NCBI GenBank assembly: GCA_963826115.1
Contig: CAWGVS010000006.1
Coordinates: 96,001-160,000 of the forward strand
Source: an uncultured Candidatus Rokubacteria bacterium
Lineage (GTDB): Bacteria > Methylomirabilota > Methylomirabilia > Rokubacteriales > DASRDR01
DNA: 64,000 bases
Reading direction: 5' to 3'
Below the pieces are notes generated by a model. The model was not told where the DNA came from. It was given only the letters and a program-made list of their open reading frames with translations, and ran no database searches. The position numbers and the translations under genes were made by a program. Below, piece after piece: positions 26,071 through 36,173 of this stretch (positions are counted from its first letter, which is position 1; every line of letters starts with the position of its first letter).

Positions 26071-27180
26071 TCAGCGCAGGACGGCCAGCTTCCGGCGCCC
26101 GATCAGGTCGAAGTCGATCGCCGCGCCGAGCCCGGGGCCCTCCGGGGCGTGGACCCACCCCTGGGCGTCCACCTCGATGTCCGCGCTCAGCCCGTACTTC
26201 TGGGCGCCGGCCGGCAGGAGCACCTCGAAGAACTCGCAGTTCCGGATCGCCATGATCACGTGGAGGTTCGCCACGTTGTTGAGCGAGTTGCCGCCGTGGT
26301 GAACCTCGTAGTTCATGTGGAAGGCCTCGGCGAGATGGGCGGCCTTCACGCACGCGGTGATCCCGCCCTTGACCGCCACGTCACCCCGGAGGAAGTCCGT
26401 CGCGCGCGCCACGAGCCACGGCGCGTAGGCGGTGAAGCCGCCCGGCGAGTACTCGGTGGCCAGGATGGGGATGCGCAGGTGCTGCTTCAGGCGCACGTAG
26501 CCGTAGAGGTCGTCGTCGGCCAGCGGGTCCTCGTACCAGTGATACCCGAGCCCCTCGATGACCTGGCCGACCCGGAGCGCGGTGGGATAGTCGTACGCCC
26601 AGCTGCCGTCGAGCATGACCGTGAAGCCGTCGCCAACGGCGCCACGGACGGCCCGGCAGACGGCGATGTCCGTCTCGGGGTCCGTGGGCGGGTGGATCTT
26701 GTAGGCCGTCCAGCCCCCGGCCTTGAAGCGCGCCGCCTCCTCGCCGTACGCCGCCGGCGAGGGGTGCACGGCCGAGCTCGCGTACGCGCGGACGCGCTCG
26801 CGATAAGAGCCGAGCAGCCGGTGGATCGGCAGGCCCGCAACCTTGCCGCCGAGGTCCCAGAGCGCCACGTCGACGGCGCCGATGGCCCGCGCGGTGGTGG
26901 CGCGGCTCCGCTGCCAGAGGGCGTGGTAGAGCCGCTCGCGGTCGAGCGGATTCTGCCCGAGCACGACGGGCTTCAGGACCTCGATCAGCGAGACGCCGTC
27001 GAGGTGGGCGCCCCGCATCGCCGAGCCCAGGAACGCGTGCCCCTCGAGTCCCTGGTCGGTCGCGAGCGTCAGGAGCCCGAGCTGGCTCTCGCCGCCGAAC
27101 CGGCCGGTGTGGCGGCCGTACGTCGTGGGCGGGATGTCCGGCCACGCGAAGAGGGTCAGGGTCGCGTCGGTGATCTTCAT
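26071..27180 (-). CDS. Mandelate racemase/muconate lactonizing enzyme family protein
   Basis: AVDVALWDLGGK, AYKIHP, MLDGSW, WYEDP, ATE, PEGPGLG. Confidence 0.88.
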   Translation of the reverse strand: MKITDATLTLFAWPDIPPTTYGRHTGRFGGESQLGLLTLATDQGLEGHAFLGSAMRGAHLDGVSLIEVLKPVVLGQNPLDRERLYHALWQRSRATTARAIGAVDVALWDLGGKVAGLPIHRLLGSYRERVRAYASSAVHPSPAAYGEEAARFKAGGWTAYKIHPPTDPETDIAVCRAVRGAVGDGFTVMLDGSWAYDYPTALRVGQVIEGLGYHWYEDPLADDDLYGYVRLKQHLRIPILATEYSPGGFTAYAPWLVARATDFLRGDVAVKGGITACVKAAHLAEAFHMNYEVHHGGNSLNNVANLHVIMAIRNCEFFEVLLPAGAQKYGLSADIEVDAQGWVHAPEGPGLGAAIDFDLIGRRKLAVLR

Positions 27181-27359
27181 CGTGCGCCTCGCGCTCCTTG
27201 CCGCCGGCGGGCGGGCTCGCGGTCGGGCGTCCGACCGGCCCCGGAGGGGACCGGCCGCGCGGGCCGATCCTACCGCGGGTGACCCGATCGCGCGACGCCG
27301 TCCGCTACAATGGAGCCCGCCCGCGTGTGCGGGCGGCGCGGGGGAGGAGTGATGGAGGG

Positions 27360-30017
27360 TTGACGGCGAACGCGTCCGAGTCTCGCCGCCGTCTCCGGCG
27401 GACGCGGATCCTCGCCCTGGCCGCGGGCGGAGTGTTCCTCATCCTCGCGGTGGTGGCCCAGGACGCCTGGCAGCTGTCGCCGCCCGTCCGGCGGCTCGCT
27501 ACGCGCGCGTCGAGCCGTGACCCGCTGGACGACGGCCGGGCGCGTGGCCGCGGGCTCGCCCGCGCGGTGGCGCCGGCGACCACCCCCGTCCTCATCACCG
27601 AGGTCTCGGCGAGCAACCGGGACGTGGTGCTGGACGACGACCTGGCGCCGTCGGACTGGATTGAGCTCTACAACCGCTCGGATCATCCCGTGGCGCTCGA
27701 CGGCTGGCGCCTTGTCGAGAGCGGGCGCCCGCGCCGCGGGTGGGTCTTTCCCGGGATCACGGTCGCGCCCCGCTCCTATCTCGTCGTCTGGGCCTCGGGG
27801 AAGGACCGCGTCGGCGGCGCCGCGAGCCGGCGCGTGAACACGCAGCTCACGCGGCAGGCGCGGCGCTATCACGTCGTGGACGACTTCCACACGCCCCTGC
27901 CGGGCGGGTTCTGGGAGTTGCGCCGGGCGCGCCGCGTCCTCGTGGACGTCACCTTGCCCGACCCCGGCGCGTACACGCTCTGGCTGAAGGCGAGCGCCGA
28001 GGGCGTTGCGGGCACGCTGCGGATCCGGGTCCAGGGAAACCGGGCACAGCGCGTGACGGTGCCGGGCGGCGGCCGTCCCCGCAGCCTGATGGTAGGCGTG
28101 GAGGGGGGCGTGCAGATCGAGGGCGGGGGTGCCCGCACGGTGACGGTGGCCGCGGAGACGGGCATGGTCAACCTGATCTACCTGGCCCTCGCCCGGGCCG
28201 CGCCGCCCGGGGCCGCGCCGGGCGACGACCGTTTCGTTCGCCACGTCCACGCGAGCTTTCGCCTCGGGCACGGCCGTGAAGGGGTGATGCTGGTCGATCC
28301 CACCGGGATCGTCCGGGACGAGGTCCCGGCGCTGGATCACCCGCCCATGCTGACCGTCCAGCGGGAGCCGGACACGCTCGCGTGGCGCGTCGCGCAGGCG
28401 ACGCCGGCCGGGCGGGCCTTCCACCCGGCGCCGGACCTCGCGCGGTACCCGAGCGTCGCGCCGACCTCCCTCGCGGTGTCCGTCACGCCGCCGCCCGGGG
28501 TGGAGGAGCTCCGCTACACCCTGGACGGATCGGTCCCGACGACCGACTCGCCGCGCTTCGAGGGCACGCACCGGATGACGCGGCCCACGGCACTCCGGCT
28601 TCGCGGGTACGCGGGTGGCGTTCCCGTCACGCCGGTGGCGACCCGACAGTTCTGGGTCGGCCCGCCACCGTCCGGGCCCGCCCTCATGCTGGCGCTCGAC
28701 CCACATCTCATCCGCGATCCCGAGGTCGGGATCGAGCCGAACGACCGGTGGCGCCGCCAGCAGGAGCTGCCCGACGATCCGGCCCTGGGACCGCTCCGGC
28801 TCACACGGCGCGGCATCTGGGCCCGGGAGCGGCGGGCGTACATCAAGCCGGCACATCTCCTCGCCTTCGACCCCGAGGGGCTGGTCTTCGACGGCCGGGC
28901 CCGCGTCCGGCGGTTCACGATGGCCGTCGGTCCCGGCCTCGGCCTGCACATCCGCACGCGGGACCCCTTCCGGCCCACGCGCGATGTCTTTGGCCGCGCC
29001 CTCGCGGCGCCCGGTCGGTCGATCCTCGTCGACGAGGACGACCTCAACATCCCCGCCTACGACGTGGTGCGCGCGGCCGGCGGCGTCGCGCCGCTGATCG
29101 CCTGGGGCCAGGTCGCGGTGAACGGCGCGACGCCCGAGCGCCGGGTCCTGATCGAGCCCGTCGACGACGACTTCCTCCAGGCCCGGTGGGGGCACACGCG
29201 GTTCGACCTGATCAAGGGGAAGACCTTCGCCGTGAAGCGGGGTACCCTCGCGACCTACGACGCGCTGGACCACCGCATGGAGCGGGGCCCGGTCACCGCG
29301 GCCGACGTTGCGCCGCTGGTCGATCTCCCGCACCTCACCGCGCTGCACTTCGCGGCGCTGTTCCTCGCCACCGGCCAGCATGACGAGTTCTGGCAGACCA
29401 ACTTCGTGGTTGACCACGACCAGACGCCGCCGCGCATGCACGCGGTCGGCTGGGACCTGGACCACGCCATCGAGGAGGGGCCGCTGCACGACACCTTCGC
29501 CGAGCAGCGTGGGAATGCCCGCACCTTCCAGACCCGGAACTCGTTCCTGGCGGCCCAGCTGATCGTGGCGCTGCTGGACGACGACCCAGACTTCCGGGTC
29601 GGCTACCTGCGCTACGCCGAGCGGATGATGAACCACGTGCTGACCCCGGCGTGGTGGGAGCACGAGCGCCGCGCGGCGAGACCCGCCGATCCCCGCCGCG
29701 CCGAGGAGATCGCGAGATTCTTCCGCGAGCGCCCCGCCGCCCTGTCGGGGTTCCTCGCGGCCGGGCTCGAGCTGCCTCCGCCGCACACGGTCAAGGTGCG
29801 CCTCGAGGGGGCGGGCCAGGTGACGATCGACGGGTACGCCCAGGCCGGGCCGTACGTCGGCCACTACTTTGCGGACGGGACCGTCGAGCTCGCCATCCCG
29901 GCCGAGCAGCGCGCCCGGTTCCGGGGCTTCGTGGTGAACGGGCGGCCGGAAGCGGGGCCGGCGCTGCGGTTGCCGGTCGGCGCGGACCTCGACGTGGTCG
30001 CCCGGTTCGGCGGCTGA
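27360..30017 (+). CDS. Membrane-anchored lamin-tail + chitobiase/FN3-associated + divergent CotH kinase-like protein
   Basis: TTG 27360 with GGAGG; N-terminal TM; LITEVSASN...SDWIELYN (LTD); LRYTLDGSVPT; GWDLDHA (CotH-like); FFRERP. Confidence 0.72.
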   Translation: MTANASESRRRLRRTRILALAAGGVFLILAVVAQDAWQLSPPVRRLATRASSRDPLDDGRARGRGLARAVAPATTPVLITEVSASNRDVVLDDDLAPSDWIELYNRSDHPVALDGWRLVESGRPRRGWVFPGITVAPRSYLVVWASGKDRVGGAASRRVNTQLTRQARRYHVVDDFHTPLPGGFWELRRARRVLVDVTLPDPGAYTLWLKASAEGVAGTLRIRVQGNRAQRVTVPGGGRPRSLMVGVEGGVQIEGGGARTVTVAAETGMVNLIYLALARAAPPGAAPGDDRFVRHVHASFRLGHGREGVMLVDPTGIVRDEVPALDHPPMLTVQREPDTLAWRVAQATPAGRAFHPAPDLARYPSVAPTSLAVSVTPPPGVEELRYTLDGSVPTTDSPRFEGTHRMTRPTALRLRGYAGGVPVTPVATRQFWVGPPPSGPALMLALDPHLIRDPEVGIEPNDRWRRQQELPDDPALGPLRLTRRGIWARERRAYIKPAHLLAFDPEGLVFDGRARVRRFTMAVGPGLGLHIRTRDPFRPTRDVFGRALAAPGRSILVDEDDLNIPAYDVVRAAGGVAPLIAWGQVAVNGATPERRVLIEPVDDDFLQARWGHTRFDLIKGKTFAVKRGTLATYDALDHRMERGPVTAADVAPLVDLPHLTALHFAALFLATGQHDEFWQTNFVVDHDQTPPRMHAVGWDLDHAIEEGPLHDTFAEQRGNARTFQTRNSFLAAQLIVALLDDDPDFRVGYLRYAERMMNHVLTPAWWEHERRAARPADPRRAEEIARFFRERPAALSGFLAAGLELPPPHTVKVRLEGAGQVTIDGYAQAGPYVGHYFADGTVELAIPAEQRARFRGFVVNGRPEAGPALRLPVGADLDVVARFGG

Positions 30018-30060
30018 CCGCGGTCCCGGCGCCCGGACCCCGCCGGGGTCGGACGCTTCG

Positions 30061-30762
30061 CTACACGCCGCCCTGGGGCGTCCGGAGGACCGAGAGCGCG
30101 CTGAGCGGCGTCAGCGCCTCCAGCTCGCTGCGGATCGCGCTCCAGTCGGTCCCCTCGCGGGCGCGGAACGTGTAGTTCAGCGTGGTCAGACCGTCTCGCC
30201 CGTTCAGGTGCTCGAACCGGATCCGCTTCAACCGCCCCGCGAGGATCCCCTCGATCGCGCGCGCGTGCTGCTTGTACGCCGCGTCGGCCATTGTGAGCAT
30301 CAGGAGCCCGCCGCTCCGCCTGAGGCCCGGGATCCGCCGACCCAGCGCGTGCTGGAGGAGCAGCGCGGCCACGACGAGCAGGAGCATCATGGTGAGCACG
30401 AGGTAGCTGTAGGTCGCGCACGCGATGGCCGACGCGATCACCACCATGAGGAAGCCCACTTCCTCCGGCTCCCGGATGGGGACGCGGAAGCGGACGATCG
30501 ACAGGGCGCCCAGGAGACCGAGCGAGAGCGGCAGCGAGAACTGGATCGTGATGAACAGCGTCGTGATCGCCGGGCTGATGAGGAGGAACGATCGGTCGAT
30601 CTGGGACCCGGTCGCGCTCTCCTCGTAGAAGAGGCGATAGAGGACGCGGACCAGCATGGCCACCACCGTGGAGACGACCAGCGCCAGGAGGATGCCCACG
30701 AACGGATCCTCGCCGGCGCTCGGGCGGGCCTGGCTGAGGAAGCGCTCCAGCGCCTGCGGCAT
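30061..30762 (-). CDS. DUF4956 family membrane protein
   Basis: SLPLSLGLLGALSIVRFRVPIREPEE. Confidence 0.85.
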   Translation of the reverse strand: MPQALERFLSQARPSAGEDPFVGILLALVVSTVVAMLVRVLYRLFYEESATGSQIDRSFLLISPAITTLFITIQFSLPLSLGLLGALSIVRFRVPIREPEEVGFLMVVIASAIACATYSYLVLTMMLLLVVAALLLQHALGRRIPGLRRSGGLLMLTMADAAYKQHARAIEGILAGRLKRIRFEHLNGRDGLTTLNYTFRAREGTDWSAIRSELEALTPLSALSVLRTPQGGV

Positions 30763-31490
30763 CAGCGTGCGCCTCCCCGCGCGTGATCGAGACAGAGGGC
30801 GTACTTCGACACCGTGCGCTTCCGCGCGTGCCGGACGATGAACGTCGCGAGCGCGGGATGGACCGTCGGCGTGGGGCCCTTCACCTCGACCACGAAGATC
30901 GGCGGCCCGGCGCCGGCCGGCCGTGTCGGGATCCAGCTGGCCACCCACTCCACGCGGAGATCGCGGTCGACCGAGACCCGGGTCTCGTCGTCCGGCCCCC
31001 GGAGGCGCGTGCGCGTGTAGGACAGCCAGCAGGTGGGCCGCCATGCGCTGCCGACGTGCTCTCGGACGACCGGCGCGAGCGCGTCGGGGTCGAGCCCCCC
31101 GAGGGGCGACGGGCCCGCGAGCTCGAGCGCGAGCCGGCGCTTCGTGCCGCGAGACCCTTCTCGCGCCTTGACCTCGAGCCACGCGGTCCAGGGCGCCCCG
31201 CCGGCCGGCACCCCGCCGGGTCTCGCGTACCAGCGCAGCCTGAGCTTGGTCTTCAGGTAGTCTCCGTTCGCCTTCTCGGCGTAGGAGGCGAGGTCCGGGC
31301 TGTCGAAGTACACGGTGTGCACGACGTTCGTCGGGAACGCGTCATCCGGCGCGCACAGCGCCTCGAGCGACGCCGCGGCGAACTGCGCCTCGCGGGCGGG
31401 CCCCATGAACTTCACCTCGTGGCGCGCGAGGGAGACCTGCCACGCCTCGGCCGGGCCGAGCAGCGGCTCGATCAGCGCCAGTCGCGACAT
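30762..31490 (-). CDS. VTC (polyphosphate polymerase-like, CYTH fold) domain protein
   Basis: RHEVKF, VHTVYFDSPDL, KLRLRWY, LEVKAR, RVSVDRDL, VVEVKG, VSKYA. Confidence 0.85.
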   Translation of the reverse strand: MSRLALIEPLLGPAEAWQVSLARHEVKFMGPAREAQFAAASLEALCAPDDAFPTNVVHTVYFDSPDLASYAEKANGDYLKTKLRLRWYARPGGVPAGGAPWTAWLEVKAREGSRGTKRRLALELAGPSPLGGLDPDALAPVVREHVGSAWRPTCWLSYTRTRLRGPDDETRVSVDRDLRVEWVASWIPTRPAGAGPPIFVVEVKGPTPTVHPALATFIVRHARKRTVSKYALCLDHARGGAR

Positions 31491-31605
31491 CGCATCTCTC
31501 GCACGGCGTCAGGCGGTCGTTTTGCCACCGAGACTTTAGAGTATCGGCACAGGGCTGTCAAACCGTAGAGCGCCCCGACACGTCGGCCCGACCGGGCCGG
31601 CGGCG

Positions 31606-32301
31606 TCAGACGGCGAGCAAGGTGCCGGTGACGTCGGCTGCCGCGTCGCTCGCGAGGAACAGGATCGCGCGGGCCACCGACTCCGGCGGCACCCAGCCGC
31701 GGCGGTCGGCCGTCGGCATCGCCCGGCGGTTCGCCTCGGTGTCCATCGTGCTCGGCAGGACGGCGTTCACCGTGACCCCGCGGCCGCGGACCTCCTGGGC
31801 GACGGCCAAGGTCAGCGCGATGACGCCGGCCTTCGCCACGGTGTAGGCGACGAAGCCGCCCGCCGGGGGAACGACGGACCGCGACGCGACGTTGACGATG
31901 CGCCCCTGTCCCGCGTCCAGCATCACCGGAAGCACGGCGCGGCAGCCGAGATAGGCGGTGCGGAGGTTCAGGTTCAGCATGGCGTCCCACGCGCGCTCGT
32001 CAGTGGCGAGGAGATCGCCCCCGGCGAAGCCGCCCACGGTGTTGACCAGGGCGTCGAGGCGTCCGTGGCGCGCCGCCACCTCGGCGACCAGCCGCCGGAC
32101 GCCGTCGGCGTCGGTCACGTCCGCCGCCACGCCGTCGAGCCGCTCGCGCGTCGCGTCCGGGGCGAGGCGGGCGAGCGCGTCCCGATCGCGCGCGTCACGG
32201 TAGGTCACGACGACCGTCGCGCCGGCCTCGAGGGCGCCGAGAGCGACCGCGGAGCCGAGCGCCCCGGTCCCGCCCGTGACCAGCACGACGTGGCCGCGCA
32301 T
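31606..32301 (-). CDS. SDR family oxidoreductase
   Basis: VTGGTGALG, YTVAK, VNAVLPSTMDTEANR. Confidence 0.9.
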   Translation of the reverse strand: MRGHVVLVTGGTGALGSAVALGALEAGATVVVTYRDARDRDALARLAPDATRERLDGVAADVTDADGVRRLVAEVAARHGRLDALVNTVGGFAGGDLLATDERAWDAMLNLNLRTAYLGCRAVLPVMLDAGQGRIVNVASRSVVPPAGGFVAYTVAKAGVIALTLAVAQEVRGRGVTVNAVLPSTMDTEANRRAMPTADRRGWVPPESVARAILFLASDAAADVTGTLLAV

Positions 32302-32306
32302 CCCGC

Positions 32307-32813
32307 TCACGTCGGGAGCCGCCAGAGCGGCCCGGCCGGCGCCTCGGCGGCGAGACGGAACTGAGGGAGGACCGCGTCGGGACCGACCCGCTGGAAGCAC
32401 GCCTCGACGCGCGCCCCGATCGCGACCCGCTCCTCGCGCTCCGGCTCGAAGCTCGGGGTCACGAGGTTCGCGACCAGCCGGACGCCGTCGTCGGGCGTCG
32501 GCTCGCCGCGCTGCTCGTCGAGCTCCACCACCACGACGGGGTAGGGAGCCCAATCCCGGAAGCCAGGCTGGATCGCCTGGACCACGATCACGTACGTGTG
32601 GATCGTGCCGCGGCCGCTCACCGGCACCCAGGTCCAGGCGAGCGAGGCGCACCACGGGCAGCCGGCGCCGGGCGGATACCGGAGTCGCCGGCAGTCCGCG
32701 CAGCGGCGGACGACGAGCTGGCCCGCCCGCGCGGCCTCGAAGTAGCCGTGCCACTCGGAGTCGGTTTCCGGCACGATGAGGGCCATGCCGCGGTAGACCA
32801 CCGGCTCAGGCAC
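32307..32813 (-). CDS. DUF35 Zn-ribbon/OB-fold thiolase partner
   Basis: RCADC...YPPGAGCPWCAS, VSGRGTIHTY, VVVELDE. Confidence 0.88.
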   Translation of the reverse strand: MPEPVVYRGMALIVPETDSEWHGYFEAARAGQLVVRRCADCRRLRYPPGAGCPWCASLAWTWVPVSGRGTIHTYVIVVQAIQPGFRDWAPYPVVVVELDEQRGEPTPDDGVRLVANLVTPSFEPEREERVAIGARVEACFQRVGPDAVLPQFRLAAEAPAGPLWRLPT

Positions 32814-34026
32814 GGGCCGACCCCAGGATGAGAGCGCTCCCCGTCGCGGGCGACGCCCAGCCCATGTTCATCGCGATCCGCGGGTCCTTCACCTGGCGGC
32901 AGCCGCCGGGCCGGTACTCGTAGGTGTGCACGCCCTGCGCCGCCCGCGGGCAGTAGTCGTCGACCGTTCCGCGGAGCTGGCGGACGTTCTCGATGACCAT
33001 GCTCATACCGTGCGTGTAGCCCTCGCAGAGGTGCCCGCCGCTCGTGTTGTTCGGTCGCCGCCCGCCGAGCTCGATGGCGCCGCTCGACACGTACGCGCCG
33101 CCCGCCCCACGCTCGCAGAAGCCGAATGCCTCGAGCTGGAGCATCGCGGTGAAGGTGAACGCGTCGTACGCACCGGTCACGTCGACGTCCTCGGGGCCGA
33201 TGCCCGCGGCCGGGAACACCAGCTCGCGCGCGTGCACGCCGGCGACCGTCGTGTAGCGCCCCTGGTAGAAGTAGTCCGGCCGGTCGCGGTTCACGCGCCC
33301 GGCGGCGGCCAGGATGCGCACCGGCGGCGGGCGGCCGTCCCGGGCGCGCTCGGCGGAGGTGACGACGAGCGCCGTCGCGTTGTCCGTCTCCAGGCAGCAG
33401 TCGAGGAGGTGCAGGGGCTTCACGATCCACCGGGAGGCGAGAACCTCCTCCACCGTCACCGGCGTCCGCTGGAGGGCCTTGGGATTCGCCGCCGCGTGGC
33501 GCGAGTGCGCGGCCTTCACGTGGGCCACCTGCGCCGAGGTCGTCCCGTACTCGAACATGTGGCGCATGAACACGGGCGCGAAGCGCTGGCCGGCGCTGAG
33601 CATCCCGTAGGGGCGGTCGGCCAGCTCGAGACCCCGGACCGGCGTGGCGGCCCGCGCCCCGGTGCCGCCGATCCTGAACTCGCTGTAGCCGTTCATGGCC
33701 CGGAAGATGACGACGGCGCGGCAGAGCCCGACCTCGAGGAGGCCCATGGCGTACGCCACCAGCCCCTCGGTGCTGCTGCCCCCGCCGATCACGTCCGCGT
33801 AGGTGTTGAGGCGGATCCCCAGGTCGGCCGCAATGGCGATCGACGGCGTGGAGTCGTTCGAGTGGTAGGACAGCATGCCGTCGACGTCGCGCGGCGAGAG
33901 CCCGGCGTCGGCGATCGCGAGCCGCACCGCCTCGACGCCGAGCGCGCGGGTCGACCGCCCGGAGGCGCGGCTGTACTCGGTCTCGCCGATCCCCGCGATG
34001 GCGTAGCGGCCCGCGAGGTCGCGCAC
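32806..34026 (-). CDS. Thiolase-like (SCP-x/lipid-transfer type) protein
   Basis: AIAGIGETEYSR, PLHLLDCCLETD, YDAFT, NTSGGHLCEGY; paired with DUF35. Confidence 0.88.
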   Translation of the reverse strand: MRDLAGRYAIAGIGETEYSRASGRSTRALGVEAVRLAIADAGLSPRDVDGMLSYHSNDSTPSIAIAADLGIRLNTYADVIGGGSSTEGLVAYAMGLLEVGLCRAVVIFRAMNGYSEFRIGGTGARAATPVRGLELADRPYGMLSAGQRFAPVFMRHMFEYGTTSAQVAHVKAAHSRHAAANPKALQRTPVTVEEVLASRWIVKPLHLLDCCLETDNATALVVTSAERARDGRPPPVRILAAAGRVNRDRPDYFYQGRYTTVAGVHARELVFPAAGIGPEDVDVTGAYDAFTFTAMLQLEAFGFCERGAGGAYVSSGAIELGGRRPNNTSGGHLCEGYTHGMSMVIENVRQLRGTVDDYCPRAAQGVHTYEYRPGGCRQVKDPRIAMNMGWASPATGSALILGSARA

Positions 34027-34058
34027 TCAGCCCCCCGCCCCGGCCGCCGCCCGCACGG

Positions 34059-35778
34059 TCAGCGCCGGAATAGGTCGAACGCCTGGACGCGCCGCGCGCG
34101 GGCGAGGGCGTTCGGCGAGCGGTCGGCCAGGATCGTCGCGAGGTGCTCGGCCGTGAGCGCCGAGGGCACCATGACGTAGTCGGCGCCCGCCGTGTAGAGC
34201 TCCTGCGCGCCCTCGGCGCTGTCGGCGGTCACGATGATCCGGGCCGCCGGCGCCAGCGAGCGCACCGTGCGCAGGAGTCTGCAGGTTGCTCGTGCCCTTG
34301 AGGAACCAGTCGGAGATGCCGGAGATCACGATGGCCGCCCGGTCGATGCCCGCGTGCTCCATCGTCGCCATGTTGGCGATGTCCCCGTAGTGGGACTCGA
34401 CCCCCTCGTTCCCGAGCCGCTCCAGCATCTCGGGGTTGAAGTCGATGGCGACCAGCCGGTTCTTGAGCGCCGGGGCGGTGCGGCCGAGATGCTGCACGAA
34501 GGCGAGGCCCTCGCGCGACACCCCCAGCAGAAAGACGTCGCTTCCCTCGCCGCCGTGCTTGCCCCTGCCGCCGCCCTCGGCCGTCGCGGGTTCGGCTCCG
34601 AACCAGCGCCGCAGCCCGACCGCGTTCAGGACCCCGGCCAGCCACGTCGCGATCCCGTGGTTGTACATGATCCCGTACGTCGAGATCACCGCGGTGAAGA
34701 GCACGGTGTAGAGGATGAGGGAGTTCGCCGCCGGGCTGATGTGCTTGTAGACCATGCCCAGCGAGAAGATGACGAGCGCGAACTCGCTGATCTGGCCCAG
34801 GTTGATGGCCACCACGCCCGCGGTGCGGGTGTCGAGGCGCAGGAACGCGAAGAGGGGGTACATGGCCAGGAAGCGGCTCAGGACCACGAACACGACGCCG
34901 CCGAGCGCCGCGAGCACCGCGGGCAGCGAGGGCTCCGGGATCTTGAGTCCCAGGGCCACGAAGAAGAGCGTGAGGAAGAAGTCGCGGACTCCGCCGACCC
35001 GCGAGATCACCTCGGCGCCGTAGGGGTAGGAGGCGATGACGACGCCGGCCATGAGGGCCCCCATCTCCTTCGAGAGGCCCGCCCACCCGGCGACGCCGGC
35101 GACCAGGAAGCACCAGGCCATCGCGCTCACCACGACGAGCTCCGAGGACTTCGCGATGACCCGGAAGTACGCGGGCAGGACGAAGCGCGCCATCACCCAG
35201 GCGCCCCCCACCAGGGCGACGCCGGCCACCAGCGAGCGGAGCAGGAGCATGGCCTGCAGGTTCTGGAGGTTGGGCTGGATGGCGAGGAACGCGATCGCGT
35301 AGAGGTCCTGGAAGATGAGTACGCCCAGCGTGACGCGCCCGCCGAAGGTGCCCAGCTCGAACTTGTCGGACAGGAGCTTGACCACGATGAGGGTCGACGA
35401 CAGCGCGCTCGCGAAGGCGAGGTAGAGCCGGTCGAACTGGCCGCCGGTGGACGTGACGACCGGCCCGAGGACCAGCCAGGCGAGGCCGGCGCAGATCGGG
35501 ACCTGGAGGAGCCCGGTGGCCGTGATCGCCCGCCCGGCCTGGAGGAGCCGCGGCAGGCTGATCTCGAGGCCGATGAGGAAGAGGAGCAGGATCAAGCCGA
35601 TCTCGGCGATCAGCTCGATGCTCTCCTCGTCCGTGACCACGTGGAACCCGATGTGCGGGCCCAGGACCGCGCCCGCGAGGATGTACCCGAGGATGAGCGG
35701 CTGGTTCAGGCGGCGCGCGACGAAGGCGAGGACGGCGGCGACGATGATGCTGAAGCCGATGGAGGTCAGCAGGTCCAT
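34059..35778 (-). CDS. CPA2 cation:proton antiporter (KefC-like, TrkA-N domain), with apparent +1 frameshift near 34280
   Basis: QPLILGYILAG, EIGLILLLFLIGLE, LIFQD, RDFFLTLFFVALG; the natural C-terminus (RSLAPAARIIVTAD...GADYVMVP) is in a different frame. Confidence 0.82.
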
Positions 35779-35834
35779 GAGGCGCCGCCAGTATACATCG
35801 TGATCTGGTCAGGCCGGCCCGGGCCGACGTTCCA

Positions 35835-36104
35835 TCACACGGTCGCGCAGCCCCCTACGCATCCATCCCCAAGACGCGGTCCACGTCGATGACGAAGCCG
35901 ATCCCGGTCTTCGGGGAGAGCGGCTCCCGGATCACCGACCGCGTCGCCTGGACGAGGGCGTCGACCAGATGGTCGTCCACGACCGACAGCAGCATCTGCG
36001 TGGTGTCGTAGATAGGTCGCCGCCAGCCCCGGCGCGAGCCAGTAGAGGAGGAGCGCGGCGGCGGCCCAGGCGGCGACGAGCCCGAGCAGGAACGACCGGG
36101 TCAC
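35835..36104 (-). CDS. Small hypothetical membrane-anchored protein
   Basis: GGAGG RBS before GTG; N-terminal hydrophobic helix; no recognisable family. Confidence 0.35.
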   Translation of the reverse strand: MTRSFLLGLVAAWAAAALLLYWLAPGLAATYLRHHADAAVGRGRPSGRRPRPGDAVGDPGAALPEDRDRLRHRRGPRLGDGCVGGCATV

Positions 36105-36173
36105 GGGACCCTCCGGGGGCCGATGCGCGGCGCGCGGGCAGGATCGGGGTCGGGCCTCATGGGCGTGCCTCCT

